Shown one piece after another: positions 18,989 to 26,461 of a stretch of DNA of 28,180 nt; positions within the stretch are counted from its first letter, which is position 1; each line of letters opens with the position of its first letter. The translations under genes and the position numbers were made by a program. The notes below the pieces were generated by a model that was not told where the DNA came from, did not search any database, and worked only from the letters and a program-made list of their open reading frames with translations. The stretch is from Cyanobacteriota bacterium (lineage in GTDB: Bacteria > Cyanobacteriota > Cyanobacteriia > Thermostichales > Thermostichaceae): positions 1 to 28,180 of the forward strand of contig JANRIL010000014.1 of the NCBI GenBank assembly GCA_033764955.1. Direction: 5' to 3'.

Positions 18989-20248
18989 TCAATCCTTTTG
19001 AGCTATCCCTTGCGCGGCTAGCCAACCGGTTGTCCAAGCACTCTGAAAATTAAATCCTCCCGTTACTCCATCAATATCTAAAATTTCTCCGGCGAAAAAT
19101 AGTCCGGGACAGCGGCGACTTTGCATCGTTTTGAAATCGACCTCCGCCAACGGGATCCCTCCGCAGGTGACAAACTCCTCCTTAAATACCCCTTTACCCG
19201 TCACCCCAAACTGACCCTTGATAACCTGATGAACCAAATTTTGTAGGGTTCGGTGGGATATTTCTGCCCAGCGGGTGGCGGGATCCATCCCTGTGGCCAG
19301 AGCTAAACTAGCCCAGAGACGCTCCGGCAAATCCAGTGGAGTATGGGCAACAACCCGCCGCCGCGACCATTCCTGCTTAATGGCTAACAAGTGATCCCGC
19401 AGACCCTCTGGGTTGATTTCTCCGCCTAACCAATCGATCTGCACCGTGGCTTGATAGCGGTGTTCGGCTAAAGCCCGCGCTGCCCAGGCGGAAAGTTTGA
19501 GAACGGCTGGCCCACTCAACCCCCAATGAGTGATCAAAATTGGCCCAGTTTGTTGAAAGCGCGATCCATCCGCTGTATGCAGATGCAATCTTACTTTTGG
19601 CAGAGCAATTCCGGCTAAATCCCGCAACCGAGGATCCGCGATTTGTAGAGTAAACAGGGAAGGAACTGGGGGAACTAGCGTGTGGCCTAGGGATTGGGCA
19701 AGGCGATAACCCTGAGGACTGCTGCCCGTTGCCAATAAAACTTGACCCGCTAACCAGGGATCCCGATGCTTCACCTGCACCTGAAAATAAGCGGCGGGTT
19801 CTCCCTCAGACTGGATCCAGTGGATACCCGTAACCGCCGCCTGGGTATGAATCCGAACACCGAGCCTCTCCGCCACATTCAGCAAGGTGTCTACGATGGT
19901 CTGCGACTGATCCGTAACAGGAAACATCCGCCCATCGGCCTCAGTTTTGAGAGGGATCCCCTGTTGAGCAAACCATTCAACGGTATGGCGAGGTTGAAAC
20001 CGACTGAAGGCAGCCCGCAGGGCTTTAGCGCCACGGGGATAGTGCTGCACTAGTAGCGCCGGATCAAAACAAGCATGGGTCACATTACAACGCCCACCAC
20101 CGGAGATCCGTACTTTTGTCAACACCTGTGGGCTGGCTTCCAACACCACAACAGGCCGTTCAGGATGGTGATCCGCACTATGAATCGCCGCAAAAAATCC
20201 GGCGGCTCCCCCTCCCACCACTATCAACGGCAACCTTGTATCAAACAC
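18989..20248 (-). CDS. HI0933/YhiN/BaiN-family flavoprotein
   Basis: GGGAAG, KVRISGGGRCNVT, GRMFP, THWGLSGP, VTCGG and GEILDIDGVTGGFNFQSAW. GTG 20248 is the likely start (ORF open to 20296). Confidence 0.93.
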   Translation of the reverse strand: MFDTRLPLIVVGGGAAGFFAAIHSADHHPERPVVVLEASPQVLTKVRISGGGRCNVTHACFDPALLVQHYPRGAKALRAAFSRFQPRHTVEWFAQQGIPLKTEADGRMFPVTDQSQTIVDTLLNVAERLGVRIHTQAAVTGIHWIQSEGEPAAYFQVQVKHRDPWLAGQVLLATGSSPQGYRLAQSLGHTLVPPVPSLFTLQIADPRLRDLAGIALPKVRLHLHTADGSRFQQTGPILITHWGLSGPAVLKLSAWAARALAEHRYQATVQIDWLGGEINPEGLRDHLLAIKQEWSRRRVVAHTPLDLPERLWASLALATGMDPATRWAEISHRTLQNLVHQVIKGQFGVTGKGVFKEEFVTCGGIPLAEVDFKTMQSRRCPGLFFAGEILDIDGVTGGFNFQSAWTTGWLAAQGIAQKD

Positions 20249-20478
20249 CCGCAGACTCTCTTGCCAGTTAACGTTAAGTATGATGAACAGATTCACTTGT
20301 CATGAATTGGGCTGTCAATCGATATAGGCATGTTTCGCCCCCGCTCATTTCTAACCTCAAGGTTTTATACAATATTCACTGATAATCTATAGGACACCTC
20401 GAAAAATGGAGGTGCTTGTTGAGAATACCCTGGCATACCATGGTTAGTTTTCGCAATAAGGTAATTAATCGAGGTGCC

Positions 20479-20541
20479 CTATAGAATCTATAGAACCCAT
20501 AGAACCTGTAGGCTCTGTAAAACCTGTAGAATCCATAACAC
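20479..20541. repeat. Degenerate 9-nt tandem repeat, 7 units, consensus CYRTAGAAY
   Basis: ctatagaat ctatagaac ccatagaac ctgtaggct ctgtaaaac ctgtagaat ccataacac, in the divergent intergenic region. Confidence 0.85.
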
Positions 20542-20562
20542 AAAAGCAGTGAGGAATGCCTA

Positions 20563-22296
20563 TTGTACCCCTTAAGTCGCCACTCCCAAACCTTAAACAA
20601 AAAACTCTGGGATCCCTCGGATATTTTGTTGATACTTGCCCTATTGTCTCTGGTTTTTGTAGTTGTCAAAACGGCTTCCCATTTTAGTGAGCCTTATGAT
20701 CATCGTTATATGATCTCAGTTAAATGGTCGGTATTGCCCAGTTATACTGCTCAAACTCTGTTGCGGATGGTTTCAGCCTATGGTTTGTCCCTATTCATAG
20801 CTATTCTTTATGCTTATACTGCCTATCGTTCAAAGCTAGCGGCAGTGGTGCTGATTCCGCTCCTGGATATATTACAATCGATTCCGGTTCTTTCATTTTT
20901 GCCGGGAATTGTTCTGGCTTTGATCGCACTTTTTCCTGGGCAACGCATTGGCCTAGAGATTGCCGCTATCCTGCTGATTTCTACAGGAATGACCTGGAAC
21001 ATGGTCTTTAGTTTCTATCAATCTTTACTCAGTCTTCCCCGTGAATTGAAGGAAGCGAGTCAAACCTATCGGCTGAAGGCTTGGCAGCGTTTCTGGACGG
21101 TGGAACTTCCGGCGGGAGCGATTGGACTGGTGTGGAATAGCGTCATGTCGATGGCGGGGGGCTGGTTTTTCTTGATGGCGATTGAGTCCTTCACGCTGGG
21201 GCAGCAAAGTTTTCAACTGCCCGGATTAGGCTCATTTTTGGCCGTGGCCGCCAACCAGGGTAATATGCTGGCCATTCTGGTGGGGGTGGGGGTGCTGATC
21301 ACGGTGATCATTGCTATCGATTTTTTGGTCTGGCAACCTCTGATCGCCTGGGCAGAACGCTTTAAGTTTGAGTCCGTCGAGGCGGAACGGATCCCCCAAT
21401 CCCCCGTTTTGGATTTTTTGCGCCGTTCCCCCACTCTACGGCTCCTCAGCGAGCGCCTATGGGGATCCCTGTGGGAGGGGATCGATCAACTGGCTATTCA
21501 TCTGACCCCCCATTCCGTTTCTCCCTCTAGGGAACAACCTAACAGGGGTCAGCGTTGGCGAAATGGCTTGGTCTTGGGGGGGGGGCTAGTCCTGCTAATC
21601 TGGGGATCCTCAGAAGCCCTGCAATTATTGCGCCTGCTCAACGGACAGGATTGGCAACGGATTGCCCTGGGATCCCTATGGACAGCAGGGCGGGTTTTGT
21701 TGGCCTTGGTTTTGTCCTTGCTGTGGACTGTTCCCGTCGGGGTAGCCATCGGTCGTCACCCCCCCTTGGCTCAATTTCTTCAACCCTTAGTCCAGATAGC
21801 CGCCTCGGTTCCGGCTACCGCCCTTTTTCCTGTTTTGTTGCTGGGATTGGTTAACCACAGTGGCGGTCTGCAACTCGGCTCAGTGGCTCTGATGATGCTG
21901 GGAACCATGTGGTACCTTCTCTTCAATGTGATTGCGGGTGCCCAGTCAATTCCCTCCGAGCTATTTGAGGCCGCTGAAGTCTATCGACTGCCTCCCCTAG
22001 AGCGGTGGCGAACTCTCATCTTGCCAGGAATTTTTCCTTATTTAATGACGGGGGTGATCACGGCGGTAGGAGGAGCCTGGAATGCCAGTATTGTCAGTGA
22101 ATATGTCCAATTTCAAGGGCAAATCCTACAAGCGGATGGGCTAGGAGAAATTATTTCCCAAGCAACTGAAACCGGCAACTTTCCCTTGCTCCTGGCGGCA
22201 ACAGTTGTAATGGCTAGCTTGGTGGTGCTGACGAACCGCTTAGTTTGGCATCCCCTCTATCGCTTGGCTCAAGAGAAATACCAGCTTTTGATCTAG
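20563..22296 (+). CDS. ABC transporter permease with two fused BPD_transp_1 domains (COG4986/NitT-TauT-like)
   Basis: LDILQSIPVLSFLP and QIAASVPATALFP halves; two EAA-type loops (SLPRELKEAS, SIPSELFEAA). GAGGA Shine-Dalgarno 7 nt before the TTG. Confidence 0.9.
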   Translation: MYPLSRHSQTLNKKLWDPSDILLILALLSLVFVVVKTASHFSEPYDHRYMISVKWSVLPSYTAQTLLRMVSAYGLSLFIAILYAYTAYRSKLAAVVLIPLLDILQSIPVLSFLPGIVLALIALFPGQRIGLEIAAILLISTGMTWNMVFSFYQSLLSLPRELKEASQTYRLKAWQRFWTVELPAGAIGLVWNSVMSMAGGWFFLMAIESFTLGQQSFQLPGLGSFLAVAANQGNMLAILVGVGVLITVIIAIDFLVWQPLIAWAERFKFESVEAERIPQSPVLDFLRRSPTLRLLSERLWGSLWEGIDQLAIHLTPHSVSPSREQPNRGQRWRNGLVLGGGLVLLIWGSSEALQLLRLLNGQDWQRIALGSLWTAGRVLLALVLSLLWTVPVGVAIGRHPPLAQFLQPLVQIAASVPATALFPVLLLGLVNHSGGLQLGSVALMMLGTMWYLLFNVIAGAQSIPSELFEAAEVYRLPPLERWRTLILPGIFPYLMTGVITAVGGAWNASIVSEYVQFQGQILQADGLGEIISQATETGNFPLLLAATVVMASLVVLTNRLVWHPLYRLAQEKYQLLI

Positions 22297-22346
22297 ATTG
22301 ATTCGGTCTATGCGGATCTGAAAACAGTGGGATCCCTCAGCCCACT

Positions 22347-22365
22347 ATTGAAAATAAACTGCATT
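22347..22365. promoter_or_regulatory. Candidate Fur box upstream of fur
   Basis: 19-mer ATTGAAAATAAACTGCATT, an imperfect 9-1-9 AT-rich palindrome. Left half is Fur-box-like, right half degenerate. Confidence 0.4.
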
Positions 22366-22479
22366 TAACGGAGATTCTGATGTCAGTCACGCTGAGAAGG
22401 GATCCCCCACCCCAACACCGTTTCTCCCCCTCTCTGTGTTGTTTTATCGGTGTTATGTAAGGATGATTGGCTGGCTACT

Positions 22480-22508
22480 TTGCAAGTGGTAAGGGCAAGA
22501 GTTACTAT
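22480..22508 (+). promoter_or_regulatory. Sigma70-type promoter of fur
   Basis: TTGCAA (22480-22485), 17-nt spacer, TACTAT (22503-22508). Confidence 0.55.
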
Positions 22509-22558
22509 CAACTAGACTGCTTATTGATTGTCTGTTGACAGTCAAAGTGACATCTCCT

Positions 22559-23005
22559 ATGGTCTACACCGAAGAATCTTTTAAGGCTGAACTTAACTCC
22601 CGTGGTTGGCGTGCTACCCCGCAGCGGGAGGTGATTCTACAAACCTTTCAAAACCTACCGGAAGGCAAGCACCTCAGCGCCGAAGAATTGCGTGACCACC
22701 TCAAGGAGATGGGGCATGATATTAGCCTTTCCACCATCTACCGCACGGTTAAACTAATGGCTCGCATGGGCATCTTGCGGGAGTTAGAACTGACGGAAGG
22801 CCATAAGCACTACGAAATTAACCAACCCAGCCCCCACCATCACCATCATCTCGTCTGCGTTAAGACTAACCAGGTGATTGAATTCAAAAGCAACGCCATC
22901 TTGGGCATTACCCAAAAAGTAGCCGAAAAGTACGGCTATAAGGTTCTCGATTGCCAACTCACCATCATCGGGGTCAGCCCAGAGGGACAGCGATCCATTA
23001 TTTGA
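22559..23005 (+). CDS. fur: Ferric uptake regulator, cyanobacterial FurA type
   Basis: KAELNSRGWR.TPQRE, HLSAEEL, SLSTIYRT.KLMARMGILRELEL.EGHKHYE and HHHHHLVC. ATG 22559 is preferred over TTG 22535. Confidence 0.95.
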   Translation: MVYTEESFKAELNSRGWRATPQREVILQTFQNLPEGKHLSAEELRDHLKEMGHDISLSTIYRTVKLMARMGILRELELTEGHKHYEINQPSPHHHHHLVCVKTNQVIEFKSNAILGITQKVAEKYGYKVLDCQLTIIGVSPEGQRSII

Positions 23006-23052
23006 ACCAATAACCTCTGTTCTGTCAGCACCAACGATGTGTTAGCTGGCTC
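23006..23052 (-). other. Truncated attC-like site (R'' and L'' half only), cut off at the fur stop codon
   Basis: Minus strand reads GAGCC-AGCTAAC (R'') ACATC GTTGGTGC (L'') TGACAGAACAGAGGTTATTGGT and then the fur TGA. It aligns with the first half of the site at 23277-23362. Confidence 0.7.
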
Positions 23053-23098
23053 ATTCTACGAACTGCCTCTCAGTACGACTCAAAAAGTTAGGGAGAAG

Positions 23099-23227
23099 TT
23101 AGGGCTGAAAGCGAAAACGCACAAGTTCTTGCAACGCAAGTTTAATCAATTCTTCTAGCGTGGTAAGGTGGGTGAGTTGAAGTGCTTCATTAATGAACGC
23201 TTCGTCAAGATTAAGGATAATTTTCAT
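23099..23227 (-). pseudogene. vapB: VapB-type (DUF2191-like) antitoxin remnant, 42 aa; toxin gene absent
   Basis: MKIILNLDEAFINEALQLTHLTTLEELIKLALQELVRFRFQP* has the ribbon-helix-helix pattern of DUF2191/VapB antitoxins but lacks the usual C-terminal toxin-binding tail. Below the ORF-track length cutoff. Confidence 0.75.
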
Positions 23228-23276
23228 AGAGTTGTTACCAAATAAATGGACATTAAGGAGCCATTGAAGTGGAGCC

Positions 23277-23362
23277 AGCTAATGGTAAAGTGGAGCGGCG
23301 ACAGATAATCTTGAAATTCACACCAGCAGCTTGCGTCCATCCGCTGCCACGCAGTGTTAGGT
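23277..23362 (-). other. Full-length (86 bp) attC-like recombination site with a mutated R' core
   Basis: Minus strand: ACCTAAC (R'') + 5 nt + GTGGCAGC (L'') GGA ... CC GCTCCAC (L') + 6 nt + ATTAGCT (R', GTT changed to ATT). GTGG/CCAC and AGCGG/CCGCT pair, leaving an unpaired C and A. It begins 11 nt after the endonuclease stop. Confidence 0.8.
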
Positions 23363-23373
23363 GGCTGTTGCTT

Positions 23374-24342
23374 CTACAGACTGCATAGCCAACGAGAAAT
23401 GGATGCAACTTGATGCTCCTCATTTAAGTTTGCAGCATTACTGAGCGTCCCGCTTTCTAATTGCTTCCAAATCTCACCAGCCATCCTTTTCTCAATCGCC
23501 GCTCCTACAAAAAATGTAAGTGGTGAATGACCAGAATCCGTGAATGCTTGTCGTATACGATTGAGTGCCGCTTGTGCCGTTTTCCAATGCTCGTCAGCAC
23601 CGGCTGGATCAATTCCGCCCTTCAGTTCTCCCAATGCAATTGTGTAAGGCTTAACTTTAGCAGGCTCAATTTTGCTGGATTTATTAGCTAACGGTGCTTC
23701 TGGAGCAGGATTGAACAAACAGAGATCTACATTACTTTTGACTAACGGAATATTCAGGTTATAGATAAGAGTGCGCCTACCAAGATTGCTCTCCCAACTG
23801 AGTCCACGTAAAGATAATTCAATTTCTGTATCGTCGTTTGTCATTGCTACCCACTTTTTTGTCTTTGAATGCTGCCAATGATAGCTTTGACCCGCAATGG
23901 TCAGGGTTGAGAGGATAGCACGAGTCAGCTTCCTTTGTGCCAAAGCCCCACCAACATTACGCATTGAGCCACCAAGCGTATCACCACGAGTCAATAGAAA
24001 TCTAAAAACTAATTCCTCCACGAAGTTTGAACCTGCTGGTTCAAGAAAGTTTTTGATCAGACCGTTAATCGCATCAATTTTATCCCCTGGTGTCAAATGC
24101 GCAAGAGATTTGTCAGATAGTCCTGCCGCAGTTAACAAGCCCATCTCAATACCCTGAATGTTTAGCAAATCAGTAGGACTTCTAACTTGATTTGCTGCTG
24201 CTTGAAGTGCCCTTGCCTCTGCAACATAAGGAGTAGCTCGTCGATTCTTCTCAAGTGCAAGGGCTACAAAGCCCGCACGAGTTGCTTCATAGGTTGTTAC
24301 AAGATTATCACTAGACTGGAGATGGTTACGATAAGCAGTCAT
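23374..24342 (-). CDS. Type II restriction endonuclease, AvaI/BsoBI family (predicted site CYCGRG)
   Basis: [49 protein letters not shown] and [19 protein letters not shown] are recognised as AvaI/BsoBI family; 322 aa. Confidence 0.92.
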   Translation of the reverse strand: MTAYRNHLQSSDNLVTTYEATRAGFVALALEKNRRATPYVAEARALQAAANQVRSPTDLLNIQGIEMGLLTAAGLSDKSLAHLTPGDKIDAINGLIKNFLEPAGSNFVEELVFRFLLTRGDTLGGSMRNVGGALAQRKLTRAILSTLTIAGQSYHWQHSKTKKWVAMTNDDTEIELSLRGLSWESNLGRRTLIYNLNIPLVKSNVDLCLFNPAPEAPLANKSSKIEPAKVKPYTIALGELKGGIDPAGADEHWKTAQAALNRIRQAFTDSGHSPLTFFVGAAIEKRMAGEIWKQLESGTLSNAANLNEEHQVASISRWLCSL

Positions 24343-24351
24343 AGGATCAAA

Positions 24352-25785
24352 TTACTGTTTTCTCCATACATAAACACATTTCCTCAAAGGATCACGCCCG
24401 TGATTGCCCATCTGCTGGCTACTATTACCCTTATCACTAGGTAAAACGAGAATATTTTCAACTGTAAACCCTAGCTTCTCTGCAAAGCTGGAGAGGAGCA
24501 TATCTACTGAAATACTTACGCCAGAGTAACGTACATTGTCATTAACCATAAACAAAAGTGCCCCAGGTTTGAGAACACGAGAACACTCTTGTATGACACA
24601 AGCCATTTCGTAAAAGTAACCTCTCACCATTCTGGGTATTCCGTTATTATTTAAGACACCCTGGAGTTTTTGATTGTCTAAGTACTTCAGGATAGCTTGC
24701 AACAAAGGTTGTGAATTTGCAGTCTCTAAAGCCAAGTTCCAATTTGGATTGATAGCCAATAGATCTTTTGAGCGATTTTCAACTGTGCAACTTAGCATCT
24801 CCTGGCGGAGATCGATTAATCCCTTTTCAGAAACATCTAATAATGCAAGCTCTAATGCGTAAGTACGAGTGTAGTCATACCGATTGCAATAGGGTGGAGA
24901 CGTGATAACAGCATCATAAACTGCATCAGGTAAAGTTGGCAGCAATTTGAGGCAAGACCCTTTGTAAAGTTGAATTTCACCTTGTGATCTCTTGACTGAG
25001 AAAAGTTCTACTTGATAGGTATGAGGTTCCAGGTCGTTAATAATTTCTTCAAGTTTACGGGTGATAGCACAATCGAAATCTAGAATTTCACCTTTATTGA
25101 AAGGTTTCTTCCCTTGCCCACGACCGGAACGATAGTCCCAACGGAGATATTGACCATCTTTGCGAGTGTAGCTTATGGACTCTAAAACACAAAGCAAAGC
25201 AAAGAGTAAAACTTCTCGGACTCTTTCATTCTCTTGCGACAGAGAACCGAGATATTGCTCAATTGCCCTCTTATTTTCTGTAGAGTAGGCTCCTTTTGTA
25301 ATCCTAAATTCTGGCAGGCATAATTCCTGTTCAGTCTGTTTCCATATCTGCAAACTTAACCACGTCTTGAGACGTTCAAGATCATCCGATATAAATTTAG
25401 TATCGAGAACCTGTTTCGTTTCAATAATTTGTTGACCGATGGGTAACAATTCAATACCGTCGGTATCAAATCCTAAATCACTAGCAGCAAACAAAGCCGT
25501 TCCGCTACCTGCAAATGGGTCTAACATCTTGCCCTGCTTAATCCCGTATTTTTGCAGTAAAAGCTCAACAAGAGAGGCAGAGAAGGCTTCTTTGTACTTA
25601 TACCATCGATAAATAGGTCTTGTTTTGTTAGCTTGGAAGCTTACTAAAAGTCTAGTGAGTGCAGGCTGAACTAAAAACTTAGTTTGAAAATGATGTTGCA
25701 ATTGTTTGTCAAGGTTATCAATTTCCCTAAGAGCATTATTTTGGACTTCAGGAGCAGTGTCGGAGATGCTTGACAGACTTGTCAC
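24352..25785 (-). CDS. Cognate N4-cytosine DNA methyltransferase (M.AvaI/M.BsoBI-like)
   Basis: Motif I DPFAGSGT precedes motif IV TSPPY; also [10 protein letters not shown] and KGNSSQQMG. Ends 9 nt before the endonuclease ATG; AGGGA Shine-Dalgarno before the GTG. Confidence 0.92.
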   Translation of the reverse strand: MTSLSSISDTAPEVQNNALREIDNLDKQLQHHFQTKFLVQPALTRLLVSFQANKTRPIYRWYKYKEAFSASLVELLLQKYGIKQGKMLDPFAGSGTALFAASDLGFDTDGIELLPIGQQIIETKQVLDTKFISDDLERLKTWLSLQIWKQTEQELCLPEFRITKGAYSTENKRAIEQYLGSLSQENERVREVLLFALLCVLESISYTRKDGQYLRWDYRSGRGQGKKPFNKGEILDFDCAITRKLEEIINDLEPHTYQVELFSVKRSQGEIQLYKGSCLKLLPTLPDAVYDAVITSPPYCNRYDYTRTYALELALLDVSEKGLIDLRQEMLSCTVENRSKDLLAINPNWNLALETANSQPLLQAILKYLDNQKLQGVLNNNGIPRMVRGYFYEMACVIQECSRVLKPGALLFMVNDNVRYSGVSISVDMLLSSFAEKLGFTVENILVLPSDKGNSSQQMGNHGRDPLRKCVYVWRKQ

Positions 25786-25818
25786 AAGTATTAGTCCCTA
25801 TGAAATACGGATCTGCCT

Positions 25819-25827
25819 ATTATATCA
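25819..25827 (-). promoter_or_regulatory. Extended -10 promoter inside the R-M cassette
   Basis: TGATATAAT (TGnTATAAT) on the minus strand, 33 nt upstream of the methylase start. Confidence 0.65.
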
Positions 25828-25917
25828 GTGTCTCCGGTAGGTACCCTAATCTGGGCTACATCGCGTGGCTTCTCAACAGTGCCCCAACAGATATGTGGAA
25901 GCTACCTAACTGGCGTT

Positions 25918-25965
25918 AAGAATAAACAATGGGGGTTGTGTTGTACTTATGACACAACCCTATTG
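25918..25965 (-). terminator. Probable intrinsic terminator of the kinase/regulator operon
   Basis: Stem GGGTTGTGT/ACACAACCC with flanking CAAT/ATTG, followed by TTTATTCTT on the minus strand, immediately after the TAA at 25967. Confidence 0.55.
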
Positions 25966-25966
25966 A

Positions 25967-26140
25967 TTAGGTGCCTAGATCCCAATTTAAAGTAGATGCG
26001 ATCGCCCGGTGCAATGTCAATGGGTCAAAAGGTTTGGCTATGATTCCTTTAACTCCTAGTGTTTCATAATGATGGGGTTTGAGTAATCCAGCCTGTGCAG
26101 TCAAAAACACCACAGGTATAAACTGCATTTCCGGCTTAGC
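25967..26140 (-). pseudogene. C-terminal half of a second response-regulator receiver domain
   Basis: Reads AKPEMQFIPVVFLTAQAGLLKPHHYETLGVKGIIAKPFDPLTLHRAIASTLNWDLGT*, with the conserved LTA and KPF motifs, in a different frame from the upstream receiver. Confidence 0.8.
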
Positions 26141-26411
26141 CCACTGCAGTGAACAAAATCACTGGGATCGACCGCGTGATGGGGTCGGTCTTTAAAGTTT
26201 GCAGCAGAGCCAGCCCCTTCCCATTCAGATTGAGATCCAGCAAAATCACGTCAGGTTGTTGCTCTTTGGCTTGCGCTAGTCCCGCTTGTACAGACTCAGA
26301 GGTTATAACCGTCCAACCCTTTAGTCGTTCTAGCGTCACTTTAACAATGCGGCTTAGTTCAGGTTCGTCGTCAACGACAAGAATGCAGCGATCGCCATCA
26401 GAAGAGGACAT
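26136..26411 (-). pseudogene. C-terminally truncated single-domain response regulator
   Basis: ILVVDDE, PDVILLD (phospho-Asp) and IPVILFTA, then a stop at 91 aa; lacks alpha4-beta5-alpha5 and the KP motif. Confidence 0.8.
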
Positions 26412-26461
26412 TATATTTAGGGTTACTCCATCCAGTTGGGAACACGTTTGATCATGGAAAT

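Larger units (their letters stand above)
275..22406. repeat. Dispersed highly iterated palindrome GGGATCCC
   Basis: Dozens of copies inside and between genes, e.g. 275, 682, 1605, 4400, 4429, 6131, 7762, 7772, 22329 and 22399. None seen between 4437 and 6130 or after 22406. Confidence 0.95.
23006..23282 (-). mobile_element. Integron-type gene cassette remnant carrying the vapB fragment
   Basis: The cassette 5' end TTAGCTGGCTC (23282-23272, minus) is the exact reverse complement of its own R'' region GAGCCAGCTAA (23052-23042, minus). Confidence 0.7.
23283..25909 (-). mobile_element. Integron-type gene cassette carrying a type II restriction-modification system
   Basis: Starts at G|TTAGGTAGCT (25910-25900, minus), which is 10/11 complementary to its own R'' region AGCCACCTAAC, and ends at the attC at 23277-23362. 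AT-richer, no GGGATCCC. Confidence 0.75.

Noticed and set aside
20479..20541. Tandem repeat considered as a CRISPR array
   Set aside because: Units are 9 nt, contiguous and spacer-less; no cas genes in the window.
20376..20669. 97-aa minus-strand ORF with FYRFYRAYRFYG repeats
   Set aside because: Overlaps the permease start antisense; the periodic peptide is a by-product of the 9-nt repeat.
11590..23005. Apparent metal-homeostasis cluster (COG0523, TonB-like, ABC permease, fur)
   Set aside because: Genes are interspersed with unrelated ones on mixed strands, with no shared operator seen; likely coincidental.
25899..25926. TAA-N6-TTA core considered as the chromosomal dif site
   Set aside because: The arms match XerC/XerD consensus poorly and the left arm is explained by the cassette end.
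25904..25973. Hairpin region considered as a third attC
   Set aside because: The apparent R'' (ACCTAAT) is the stop codon of the receiver fragment, and no L''/L' pair has the right spacing. A terminator fits better.
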